Below are positions 37,955 through 49,230 of a stretch of DNA of 64,000 bases, piece by piece. The position numbers were made by a program, and so were the translations under genes. Location of the stretch: NCBI RefSeq assembly GCF_006345805.1, contig NC_043024.1, positions 4,340,001 to 4,404,000 of the forward strand. The letters are read 5' to 3'. Each line of letters opens with the position of its first letter. The first letter of the stretch is position 1. The notes beneath the pieces are model-generated. The model made no database searches, had not been told where the DNA came from, and worked only from the letters and a program-made list of their open reading frames with translations. The DNA comes from Octopus sinensis. Lineage: Eukaryota.

Positions 37955-40900
37955 ATCACTATTATTGTTATTATCACCAACCCTTTTCCGTTTTGCGACC
38001 ACGTGTGGAAATATTCGAGTGTAGTGAAAATTTCCATACTTGAGGTATCCCTATAATTTTCCACACTATATTCCATCAGTTAATTTGCTTCTCCACAAAA
38101 AAATTTTTTTAAAAGTTACTGTGGTTTAAAGTTTGATCATTCTTACCCATTTAGAAAACAATATTTGGAAGCTGTCATTGTGTTCATGTAAAAAAAGGGG
38201 GGTGAAATATCAAATTATTGTGATTTTGTACTTTTTACACGGAAATTCATGATTCTGCAAAGACGTGATATAAAAAACTTTGTTCCACTAAAAGACAAAT
38301 TACTTTTAACTATGCACTATCCATCACCATTTCTTCCACCACAACCATCATCTCTCTCTTCGCCTTGAATCTTACCATCAGAACATCACCACTCTGCTAA
38401 AATTATATTGCTAACTTCTCTATATCATCAACTTCAACTAACTTTTTTAACCATGTAATAAATATTATGTTCCCCCTATCACATATCATGTACGCTTCTC
38501 TCTGTCCCTCTTTCTATCTTACTCTTTGCTTTAATATATGGGTGCTTGAAACTCTCAGAAGAGAATTGCTGGGACCAGTATTCCTTTTGGGATATGCTTT
38601 AGAAATGGAAAGAAAGCATGCCTTTTTTTGGAAACGACTTGTGACTGGAGATGAAAAATGGATTGCATGTTCAGCCAAACTGATCCTGGAGTTTGAAGAA
38701 ATATCCCCCAAGCAACCAAAGATGAATATCCATGGCAACAAACCTGTGCTTTGTGTTTGGTGGGATCATAAAGGCATTGTTTATTATGACCTTCTCCCAT
38801 AAAACCAGACCATTAATTCTGATGTGTTGTCGTCAACTGGCTAATTTGAACCAAAATATATCAAAGAACTGCGGCTGGAGATTACCAACAGAAAAGCATT
38901 AGTCTTCCAACAAGACAATACCCGACCATTGTCAAAAAGAAAGGATTCACCCTATCTCCCTCATATTCCTTATAGTCTTCATTGTTATCATTTTTATGTC
39001 GTATGTTTTTTAAACCAATATTCTTTCACCAGATGCATTCTTAATTGAATTCTTTTCTTTTTGCTTTGCATCTTGTACAGATTTAAGTCTTTAATTTTAT
39101 AAATATATATTTATATAATCTTTTAGCCGTTTATCCATTATCCAAAAACAAAAGGTCCCGGTCACTAGTCATGGCCTCGGTGTCTAGTGAGGCAATGGAT
39201 TGGGTTATTCCTGAAACCAAAACACTCTGAAGTGGAGCCTGTATTGTGTCTGCATCAAAAGATAGTCGCTCATCTGCTATTCACTGAAAACTGAAGGAAA
39301 TTGGAATATGGTAATTACTTTATACACTTTATGCACAATTTTATAGACACAGCACTCATAAAATAAACGTTCGCTCATATTTTCCCAGTTTTCTCATAAA
39401 CAGAAAAAAATTACATTTTAAAATTTACATGGGCACAATTTCTTATCTAAAACATGAGAAGTGTATACTAAAAAAATTACCTTATATGTAAAATATAGGG
39501 GTCACAATTTAATGTAACATGGCTTACTCTGAAAACCACATCAGTGGTAACTTGTAAGCCAAGGTGATGGGTAAGAGAGCCAATACACATTTCAATTTGT
39601 GGGTGTTGTAAAAAAACTTTGTTCAAGTAAAAAAAAAACGTTACTTTTCACTTTGTATTCACCATCACAACCACCACCATCATCTGTCTCTCTCTACCTT
39701 TCTTTAATCTCTCCATCAGAACATCACCCACCTTCTAAAATTATATTCCTAACTCTCCCCTATATCACAACCTTCAACTAAATATGTCCCCCTATCACGT
39801 CATGCACGCTTCTCTCTCTTCCTGTCCCACTCATGGCCTTATCCTTTCTCTCCAATCAGATGAGAGTGTTACCGACGACCTAAGTAACGTAATGACAAGC
39901 AGAATTAATATAAGACCACCTTCCTTTACTTTTCCCACCCTCTCACCCCACTACTCTAACTAACATAAATACACCAGTTGAACAAACAAGCTTGTGATTA
40001 CATATATACACGTACATTATTTTTGTGGGAGGTTTGGATAATATTTTTTGCAAGGTAATTACAAATCACATAAGGAAACTGGAGAAAAGTTTGATATTTA
40101 TTCAGCATTACATGTGTTTCATTTCCTAATAGGAATCACAAACTTTTAGATGTGTAGAAAACATGTAACATATATTTCCCATAAGAAATTCTTCAGACAT
40201 ACAATTGTTTATGTGAGTGTGTGTGTATGTACCCTTGTCCAGATATTATGTGATGTTCGTAAATGGCCATCATCACCGTCATACTTGTGCAGTTGTTCAC
40301 TTCCAGTCCTGTGTGTAAAATAAGTCTCACCAGGGAAAATATCTCCTTGCTTGGAAACAGGTGAAGACTGGTCATAAGAAAGGTACCCAGATGTAGGAAA
40401 TCTCCATCAATGAATTCCATTTGATCCACAGAAGCATGAATAGGAGAATGTTAAATGATGAGGATCATCATCATCGTGGTTCCTCTTCTGTATGAATGCA
40501 TTTACATTTCAATAATTGATCACTTTCATAGATTGATTTAGCACAAATAGCTTAGGTTACAGTTATATCTTTCATATTAATAGGACTGTGTACAAACAAT
40601 TCACCATTTTGATAGAATGATTCAGGTTTAACATCACAGTGATATGTTTTCCTTCCTCTGTCAATGCTCTTTTGATTCAAAAATGGATGATTTCATGTCA
40701 AAGATTTACCATAGATGTCACATTCATATAGTTTCTATATTCTGTGGATGTCTTTATGAGATACGTCCTTTCTCCTTCTGAGGAAATGTTATACAACAAA
40801 TATCACTGTGTTATGGACCCACTTCATAAGGAAAGACTTGTTTAAATCAGAAATGATTTTGTGTAAATGATTTGCCACAGATACTACTGTGAATTGATTT

Positions 40901-41059
40901 TTCTTGAGTGCGAATCCATTTGTGGATAGTTAAGTGACTGTTTCCAGAGAATATCTTACCACAGATATCACAGGGGTATGGTTTCTACCCTGTATGAATA
41001 TGCTTGTGTTTGGTTAAGTTACTGTGTTGAGAGAAAGATTTACCACAGATATTACAAGG
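37955..41059 (-). repeat. Right arm of inverted duplication (3' flank of ZNF A4)
   Basis: Reverse complement of 30257-33367, including the shared dead fingers, mariner remnant and CCA-TAA stop context. Confidence 0.92.
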
Positions 41060-42718
41060 TTATGGTTTCTCCCGAGTATGAATACGTCTGTGTTGAGTTA
41101 GGCTACGGCTTTCTGAGAATGATTTTCCACAGATATCACAGGAATATGGCTTCTCTCCTGTATGAACCCGTTTGTGAGTAGTTAAGTTACCGCTTTGATC
41201 GAATAATTTACCACAAATATCACAGTGATATGGTTTATCCCCTGTATGAATACGTTTGTGATTTGTTAAGCTACTTCCATCAGAGAATGATTTACCACAG
41301 ATATCACAGTGATATGGTTTCTCCCCTGTATGAATACGTTTGTGTTTAATTAAGCTACTTCCATCAGAGAAAGATTTACCACAGATATCACAGTGATATG
41401 GTTTCTCCCCTGTATGAATACGTCTGTGCTTCGTTAAGCTACATCCATCAGAGAATGATTTACCACAGATATCACAATGATATGGTTTGTCCCCCCCATG
41501 ACCCCGTCTGTGAGTAGTTAAGTTACCTTCTTGATAGAATGATTTACCACAGATAACACAGTGATATGGTTTCTCCCCAGTATGAATATGTCTGTGTTCA
41601 GTTAGGCTACGGCTTTCTGAGAATGATTTTCCACAGATATCACAGGAATATGGCTTCTCTCCTGTATGAACCCATTTGTGAGTAGTTAAGTGACCGCTTT
41701 GATAGAATGATTTACCACAGATATTACAGTGATATGGTTTCTCCCCTGTATGAATACGTTTGTGTATAATTAAGCTCCTTCCATCAGAGAATGATTTACC
41801 ACAGATATCACAGGAATATGGTTTCTCCCCTGTATGAATACGTTTGTGTTTCATTAAGCTACTTCCATCAGAGAAAGATTTACCACAGATATCACAGTGA
41901 TATGGTTTCTCCCCTGTATGAATACGTCTGTGCTTCGTTAAGCTACATCCATCAGAGAATGATTTACCACAGATATCACAATGATATGGTTTGTCCCCCC
42001 CATGACCCCGTCTGTGAGTAGTTAAGTTACCTTCTTGATAGAATGATTTACCACAGATATCACAGTGATATGGTTTCTCCCGAGTATGAATACGTTTGTG
42101 CCGAGTTAAGCTATTGCCAACAGAGAATGATTTACCACAGATATCACAGGAATAAGGCTTCTCTCCTGTATGAACCCGTTTGTGTCGAGTTAAGATACTG
42201 GTCTGAGAGAATGATTTACCACAGATATCACAGCAATATGGTTTCTCCCCAGTATGAATACGTCTGTGTTGAGTTAGGCTACGGCTTTCTGAGAATGATT
42301 TACCACAGATATCACAGGAATATGGCTTCTCTCCTGTATGAACCCGTTTGTGAGTAGTTAAGTTACCGCTTTGATCGAATGATTTACCACAGATATCACA
42401 GGGATATGGTTTCTCCCCTGTATGAATACGTTTGTGTTTCGTTAAGCTACTTCCATCAGAGAATGATTTACCACAGATATCACAGTGATATGGTTTCTCC
42501 CCTGTATGAATACGTTTGTGTTTAATTAAGCTAGTTCCATCAGAGAATGATTTACCACAGATATCACAGCGATATGGTTTCTCTCCTGTATGAACTCGTT
42601 TGTGTCGGGTTAAGCTTTTCTTGTCAGACAATGATTTACCACAGATATCACAGCGATATGGTTCTTGACTTGTATGAATTTCTTGGTGTTTACTGGATTT
42701 ACGTTTTTCTAAAAACAG
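41060..42718 (-). CDS. C2H2 poly-zinc-finger ORF, family A copy A4 (19 fingers); ancestral AUG lost
   Basis: Uninterrupted finger frame 42718-41060. The homologous start is GTG at 42756, with TGA at codon 6 and a deletion in finger 1. The first in-frame ATG is only at 41854. Coding status is uncertain. Confidence 0.6.
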   Translation of the reverse strand: MFLEKRKSSKHQEIHTSQEPYRCDICGKSLSDKKSLTRHKRVHTGEKPYRCDICGKSFSDGTSLIKHKRIHTGEKPYHCDICGKSFSDGSSLTKHKRIHTGEKPYPCDICGKSFDQSGNLTTHKRVHTGEKPYSCDICGKSFSESRSLTQHRRIHTGEKPYCCDICGKSFSQTSILTRHKRVHTGEKPYSCDICGKSFSVGNSLTRHKRIHTREKPYHCDICGKSFYQEGNLTTHRRGHGGDKPYHCDICGKSFSDGCSLTKHRRIHTGEKPYHCDICGKSFSDGSSLMKHKRIHTGEKPYSCDICGKSFSDGRSLIIHKRIHTGEKPYHCNICGKSFYQSGHLTTHKWVHTGEKPYSCDICGKSFSESRSLTEHRHIHTGEKPYHCVICGKSFYQEGNLTTHRRGHGGDKPYHCDICGKSFSDGCSLTKHRRIHTGEKPYHCDICGKSFSDGSSLIKHKRIHTGEKPYHCDICGKSFSDGSSLTNHKRIHTGDKPYHCDICGKLFDQSGNLTTHKRVHTGEKPYSCDICGKSFSESRSLTQHRRIHTREKP

Positions 42719-43493
42719 TCACAGTCATATGATGATTTTCAAAATTCTTCAGACACCTCTTCAAGAAAAAATAAAATCGATCCTTCAAGTTGTACAGATC
42801 AACAACTTTTCAATAATATTTCTTCTCTCACCAAAATATATTTTCCTTCTTTTTGCTTTCATAGTTTATTCCAAACAAATATCACTTCTCTTATATTTCT
42901 TCTAAACGTGATCAATGCCAATATTTAAAAATGTCGCAAATACTCTTTGAAAATCCATCAAAGTATATTTAAAAGAGAAAACTATCTTCTGCACATTTCA
43001 GACACAGAAGTAAAGAAATGCATTCTCTCAGAGGAAATATTTTACTGTAACTCAGCAATGTTGAATAGAAGCAGGATTATATGTTTGTAGAATATCTTTG
43101 CAGAGTTTTTCGAACACGATACATATTGATTCTTTAAAAGTAAAAATTACTGTTTAGCCAATTTCATGTGATTTTCTGAAAGAATAAAAAAAATAATATA
43201 AGACATAGAATATGTTTAAAAGGCAGATATTCAAAAATGCAATTTTATGCCATTTCTGTTTTAATGGATTGTAGAAGTAAACCTGCATTCAAACTAATAA
43301 ACTTACCCAAAAGTTAATAAATTACGAGCAGATTCAATAATTATAATTGCAACTCCTGAACATTAAATCTGTGACACACACGCTCTTTCTCTCTCACACA
43401 CACACACCAATATAGATGTTAATGGCCTAGATAACCAATGTTTTCACTTCGGAGTTCTATCTTGTCAACACAGCTTTGTTTAGTAACACAGAT

Positions 43494-43568
43494 GTGGAGG
43501 GACATGGCCTAGTGGTTAGAGCAGCGGACTCGCGGTCGTGGGATCGCGGGTTCGAATCTCAGACCGGA
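43494..43568 (+). mobile_element. 5' head of the tRNA-SINE paralogous to 1186-1476, truncated by deletion
   Basis: Same flank AGTAACACAGAT; TGGCCTAGTGG A box and GGTTCGAATC B box. Confidence 0.8.
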
Positions 43569-43764
43569 AGTCATGCTGCATTTCTGAAGCAATTAATAAA
43601 AACAAAATAACATGAATATATATATATATATTTGAGATGTTTTTTCTTATTTTACTTAAATCGTTCGTTTTCTTCATCACAATACACATCCTTTACAATT
43701 ATTCCTAATTTTTCTTTTCTTTTCTGCCTTTTTAAATTATTGGCAAGACTTCCTTTGTACCCCA

Positions 43765-43822
<58 letters not shown>

Positions 43823-43946
43823 ATAAATTTAAAAATAGGATAAAATCTTAATAAGAAATCTTAACAAGAAATTATCAAGTAATTAGCGTGAAAAACGTAA
43901 TAAGAGAAAAAAAACTGTAAATTTTTTCTTTGCAAATATTTATTTA

Positions 43947-44017
43947 TATTGTATAGAGGGCATTATTACACATAAATGCGTGTGGCATTTATGTGTAATA
44001 ATGCCCTCTATACAATA
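43947..44017. other. Perfect 33-bp inverted repeat with 5-nt loop
   Basis: TATTGTATAGAGGGCATTATTACACATAAATGC-GTGTG-GCATTTATGTGTAATAATGCCCTCTATACAATA. Confidence 0.95.
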
Positions 44018-44338
44018 CATATATATATATATGGAACTACTACCGAAAACTGGACCCGGTGCGCGCACACGCGCTAGCTAGTCGTAAGTAGTCGATTCTA
44101 CAGCGACTTGCGCGTATGCAAATGAGTTGTGTTATAGGTTGGAAGACAATCAATGGGTCTAATTAATGATCAAGACAAAGGTGGTGGTGGTAGTTTAGTG
44201 TAAATAAACAAACAAGAAAACATCAAAACAAACCAAAATAAACAAAACATATATATACACACACACACACACACGGGCGCTGGAAAAAGTATAAGTATTT
44301 GTGAAGGAAATCTAATTCTCGGCGACAACTATGATTGT

Positions 44339-44383
44339 CACACGCTGACGAGAGGTCAATACCTCGAAACTCGAGTCCGTGTG
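44339..44383 (+). ncRNA. Minimal type I hammerhead ribozyme, copy 1
   Basis: Stem I CACACG/CGTGTG, core CTGACGA, stem II GAGG-(TCAATA)-CCTC, GAAA, stem III C-(TCGA)-G, GTC cleavage triplet 44375-44377. Confidence 0.88.
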
Positions 44384-44692
44384 TATCATAAGTTGAAGAC
44401 GGGAAGGATGACTTCCCTTTGCAAATACTGACAGGACACAGATAGTGTGTCTATGGCCAGCTGGAGGAGTGTGTCCTCCTGGGGCTAAAAACTACAGTAG
44501 CATCCACCCTTAGGGGTTAGCCATATTGAAATGGCAAAAATACGTCACGATGTGTTACCGCTACTGTATATAACTCACTTTGATATTTATCATTGTTTGA
44601 TTTCACTTTTTCAATATCAGCGACAGTGGGCGCTGGAAAAAGGCATAAGTATTTGTGAAGGAATTCTAATTCTCGGCGACAACTATGATTGT

Positions 44693-44737
44693 CACACGCT
44701 GACGAGAGGTCAACACCTCGAAACTCGAGTCCGTGTG
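44693..44737 (+). ncRNA. Minimal type I hammerhead ribozyme, copy 2
   Basis: Identical to copy 1 except loop II (TCAACA); GTC triplet 44729-44731. Confidence 0.88.
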
Positions 44738-44902
44738 TATCATAAGTTGAAGACGGGAAGGATGACTTCCCTTTGCAAATACTGACAGGACACAGATAGT
44801 GTGTCTATGGCCAGCTGGAGGAGTGTGTCCTCCTGGGGCTAAAAACTAAAGTAGCATCCACCCTTAGGGGTTAGCCATATTGAAATGGCAAAAATACGTC
44901 AC

Positions 44903-44933
<31 letters not shown>

Positions 44934-46383
44934 TATATATTATACCTGAATGATGTACCTACCATGGATGCTGTCCAAAAACTAAAAACTAGTAAAAGAA
45001 TATATCACACACATTTTATTTGATTTGTGTAAAAAAATCAAATCCATTGTTCTAAGAAATTATTTATTTTCTTTAAACAATTCTTTAATTTTATTCTGTA
45101 AAATCAACTCATTTGCATACGCGCAAGTCGTTGTAGGATCGACTACTTACGACTAGCTAGCGCACACCGGGTCCAGTCTTTGCTAGTAGTACCCATATAT
45201 ATATAAGTTGTAAATTGTAATGACAGAGAAGAAGTAGCAAAAATAAAGACATTTTTAAAATGTTTCACACAAATGCCGATCCATGTCAACCATCCTCTTT
45301 TCGTTTCAGTATTTCGAGTGCACAATCTAATTTTTATATATTCTCCATTTTTCAGTAATTACATCGTAATTTCCCTGCATTTAAATAAATTCTTAGATTT
45401 ACAAGGAAAATGTTGTGTAAACAAGGTATTGCACTGACACAAAGCAATGTAAGAAATAACCAAAACTGGAACGGAATGTCTAAAAGAAAATAAAACAAAA
45501 TTATTCGAATGTCAGCCTTACTTTCATATAATTTCGGCTTTGTTTAGTGAGATTCTTTTAATTTAATTATTCAACACGTCAGAATAAGCAAATGTACGTA
45601 AAATGACACATATACAATAGAAATGCTTAAATAAATATAATACTCACATAGAAATATATGTATATATATAGAGAGAGTCACCGAGGAAAATGTGAGAATA
45701 TGATGAAGCAGTGAGGACTGGAGTCTGAGTGGACAATGACAGCTTCAAGAGAATTTCTAGATTTTTAATTGCAAACGTTGATTTATATTTTGCAGGTGAA
45801 TTTAATAAAGAATACTGTACGGATTTCTTTACACAGTTAATTATCAAACGTGTGTGTATTCAATTGGGTTCTCTCTTAAACAAGGAAACAGAATAGGAAA
45901 GATTTAGCAATTAACAGACGAGGGGAAATGACTCTATTTCTAATATCCGTTTTTAATTAAGAGCTGAGGTGCTTCACATAAATTCGTAAAAGGCTTTCTT
46001 GCTCCTGTTTCTTACGCATTTTTATTGCTTGATCGGCTCCACTTTACAACTGATATTTAAGAGAAAACCCAATCAAATATATACACGATTGGTAATTAAA
46101 TTTCTAAAGAAACAGATGCAGCATTTTTGATTATGTAGACCTGAAAAATATTAATTAACGTTTGTTGTAATGAGGAAGAAATTCTCTTGAAGCTCTCTTT
46201 GTCCACTCTGAGTTCAGTTTTCACTACAATATATTCTTCTCACACCTTCCTTGTTGACTCACTCTGCGTATATACACATATATATATATTTATTGTGTAA
46301 GTATTATATTTATATAAACATTTCTATTATATATGTGTCATGCCATATATCTGATTGTTTCGATGTGTTGAGTAAGTTAAAAG

Positions 46384-46654
46384 GGTACTACTTAAGAAGA
46401 GTGCTCCAGGTGCGCGCACTCGCGTATCCGCCCTAGCTAGTCGATCCTTACTTTGTGTTTTTGTTTTATTTACTTTGTGTTTTTGTGTTTTATTTACTTT
46501 CTTTTTAAAAAATCATTTCCTTTGTGTAAAAAAAAATTATGCATTTTGTGTTTTATTTACTTTGCTACGTAGTCGTTGTAGGATCGACTAGTCACGACTA
46601 GCTAGAGCGGATGCGTGAGTGCGCGCACCTGGACCACTCTAATTAAGTAATACC
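46384..46654. mobile_element. MULE-like MITE, duplicated copy of 3803-4047
   Basis: TIR GGTACTACTTAAGAAGAGTGCTCCAGGTGCGCGC / GCGCGCACCTGGACCACTCTAATTAAGTAATACC. TSD AGTTAAAAG at 46375-46383 and 46655-46663. Confidence 0.88.
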
Positions 46655-46809
46655 AGTTAAAAGAAATAATTTCACTAAACAAATACGATCTATTGCATTT
46701 CAATCTGTTTCAGGGTTAGGGTTAGGGGAAGGGTATCTTTTTTTCTTCACAAATGTAAATAAAGCCAATCTGTTTCTGAAACGAGGGACATATTCATACG
46801 GCACAGAAT

Positions 46810-48740
46810 GTTAATATAGGGCGTAACAAATATCAGAAAATCAAAAAAAAAAATGTGTGTAATAGGTGTAAAACAACTTCCTATGAACGAATATGAAAAA
46901 AAAAATTCGCGCACGCGAAAGGGGGGTGGGGGAGAGGCCTCGGAAAATTCACATCGGGAAGTTCCGAAAGCGTCTGAGGGGCTGACCCGGGCACCAAAAC
47001 AAAAAAAAAAAATAGTGTAATATGTGTAAAACAACTTGCTCTAAACGAATATGAAAAAAAAAATGCGCTCTCGAGAAAGAGGGGTGGGGGAGAGGCCTCG
47101 GAATATTTATATCGGGAATTTCCGAAAGCGTCTGAACCGGGCACAAAAACAAAAACAAAAACAGCGTAATAGGTGTAAAACAACTTGCTCTAAACGACTA
47201 TCATGAAAAAAATGCGCGCTCGCGAAAGGGGGGTGGGGGAGAGGCTTCGGAAATTTCACATCTTCAGTCCACGGCCTTTAAACTAAGAAAAAATAGTGTA
47301 ATTGGTGTAAAACTACTTGTTCTAAACGAGTATCAAGAACACACACTCACACATGAATCATAAACTCCGTATTTCGCAAAAAAAAAAATAAATAAAGAGA
47401 AGAAATTCTGGAAAAAGTGAAGAAATGTTGGATCTCCGCCATGTGAATCAAAATACGTGTCAGAAACATCTTGAAATACTACAGAAATTATGTTACGAAA
47501 ATGATAATGTATACATACCTCTTTGAGTGGTCCATCGATAATGATGATAAAGAAATGAGTTGGATTTGAACTCAGAATATTGACTAACACAACTACATAC
47601 TACAAGACTCAAAATATTCAGCCAAGTCACCACCCTTTAACTAACAATAATAATAACATCAATAACATAACAGCCAAAAGATTTATTTGTTCTGAAAATA
47701 ACAATCATAGTAAATAAATATGTTCTTTAATATTCACATTCATGTGCACAGTTAAACACACTTACATACAAACAGTCACGCATGCATAATACAGAACGGA
47801 ACACATAAATGAAGGATGCATTACTTAGTATATATTACATCTAGAGAATTTTGATTAATAAGTCAAATATGCAAATTATAAAGATAATTAATTGCTTTAC
47901 TAAACAGTGTTGTAAAGGTGAAAAATAAATTTGGGAAAAAAATACACGCCAAAACTAATTAATAAAGGATAATTAGGGAAGGATTGACACAAAATAATAA
48001 TTTTTTCTGTCTCTTTTTTTCTGATAAATGCATCTTAATAAGTGAGAAGAATTGCATATATCTGAACTATTTCAAAGAAAAGCATAAATTTAATGTTTAA
48101 AATAGCTTTAACCAAGGAATGAGATCCAACATTTCTTCACTTTTTCCAGAATTTTTCTTCTATTTTTTTTTTTTTTTTGCGAAATACGGAGTTTATGATT
48201 CATGTGTGAGTGTGTGTTCTTGATACTCGTTTAGAACAAGTAGTTTTACACCAATTACACTATTTTTTCTTAGTTTAAAGGCCGTGGACTGAAGATGTGA
48301 AATTTCCGAAGCCTCTCCCCCACCCCCTTTCGCGAGCGCGCATTTTTTTCATGATAGTCGTTTAGAGCAAGTTGTTTTACACCTATTACGCTGTTTTTGT
48401 TTTTGTTTTTGTGCCCGTTCAGACGCTTTCGGAAATTCCCGATATAAATATTCCGAGGCCTCTCCCCCACCCCTCTTTCTCGAGAGCGCATTTTTTTTTT
48501 CATATTTTTTTAGAGCAAGTTGTTTTACACATATTACACTATTTTTTTTTGTTTTGGTGCCCGGGTCAGCCCCTCAGACGCTTTCGGAACTTCCCGATGT
48601 GAATTTTCCGAGGCCTCTCCCCCACCCCCCTTTCGCGTGCGCGAATTTTTTTTTTCATATTCGTTCATAGGAAGTTGTTTTACACCTATTACACACATTT
48701 TTTTTTTGATTTTCTGATATTTGTTACGCCCTATATTAAC
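46810..48740. mobile_element. Foldback-type element: ~630-bp modular inverted repeats around an AT-rich spacer
   Basis: 46810-47437 is the reverse complement of 48121-48740. Each arm has three ~120-150-bp subrepeats (GGGGGTGGGGGAGAGGC(C/T)TCGGAA...). No ORF; TSD ambiguous. Confidence 0.8.
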
Positions 48741-49003
48741 CCAGTTTTCTTTCCTCATAGTCACCAACATCGGTTTTCAAGCAGTGAGTGAGGGTTGGGC
48801 GGAAAAACACACACATTGATATATATGTGTATATGTATGCAGGATCGGCTTTTTTCAAATTGCGTTTACCAAATCCACTCACAAGACTTTGGTCAGCCCA
48901 AGCGTGTAGTAGAAACGTTGTGCCCAATTTGTCATGTCCTGGGACTGAACCTAGAACTATGTGGTTGAGAAACGAGCTTCATACAACAAACCTGCGAATG
49001 TTT

Positions 49004-49230
49004 TTAACCCTTTAGTGTTCAGATTATTCTGTCAAATGTGATGTTTGTTTATTTAAAATGGTTTGAATTAATCATGCATTATCTTGTAGTTTAGAGATTT
49101 TGGTGATGTGATTTTTTAGTTTTAGAACGACATGGTAGGGCTGAGATGAAAGGTGAGATCTCGTCAGTTTCAATATATAACAGGTTAAATATTTTGGCCA
49201 GATATGGCCGGTTTGAATGTTACGACTTTC
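49004..49230 (+). mobile_element. piggyBac-like MITE left end (partial)
   Basis: Starts TTAA-CCCTTTAGTGTTCAG; matching right end not found. Confidence 0.35.

Larger units (their letters stand above)
44275..44902 (+). ncRNA. Retrozyme-like tandem repeat (354-nt monomer, ~1.8 copies) with two hammerhead ribozymes
   Basis: 44275-44548 repeats at 44628-44902 with only a few substitutions. Each copy contains a complete type I hammerhead core. The predicted cleavage sites are 354 nt apart. Confidence 0.8.
44033..45193. mobile_element. MULE-like TIR element (~95-bp TIRs) carrying internal cargo
   Basis: 44033-44130 is the reverse complement of 45106-45193. The TIRs are related to the 3803/46384 MITEs. 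Flanks TATATATAT / CATATATAT (8/9) are compatible with a 9-bp TSD. The element is absent from the paralogous site at ~2600. Confidence 0.8.

Noticed and set aside
41791-42732. MIYHRYH... ORFs (also 19909-20520, 30126-30347, 53935-54306, 59029-60096) and ISVVNHS... ORFs
   Set aside because: Antisense or off-frame shadows of the 84-bp finger repeat, not independent genes.
43494-43568. tRNA gene
   Set aside because: It has A and B boxes but no convincing acceptor stem, and it shares its insertion site with the full SINE at 1186-1476, so it is a truncated SINE head.
46918-46940. G-quadruplex in foldback subrepeats
   Set aside because: Two long G runs plus GG only; it does not meet a four-G3-tract pattern within one unit.
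48286-48310. Third hammerhead (CTGAAGA-TGT-GAAA) in the foldback arms
   Set aside because: Only 3 nt separate the core halves, so stem II cannot form.
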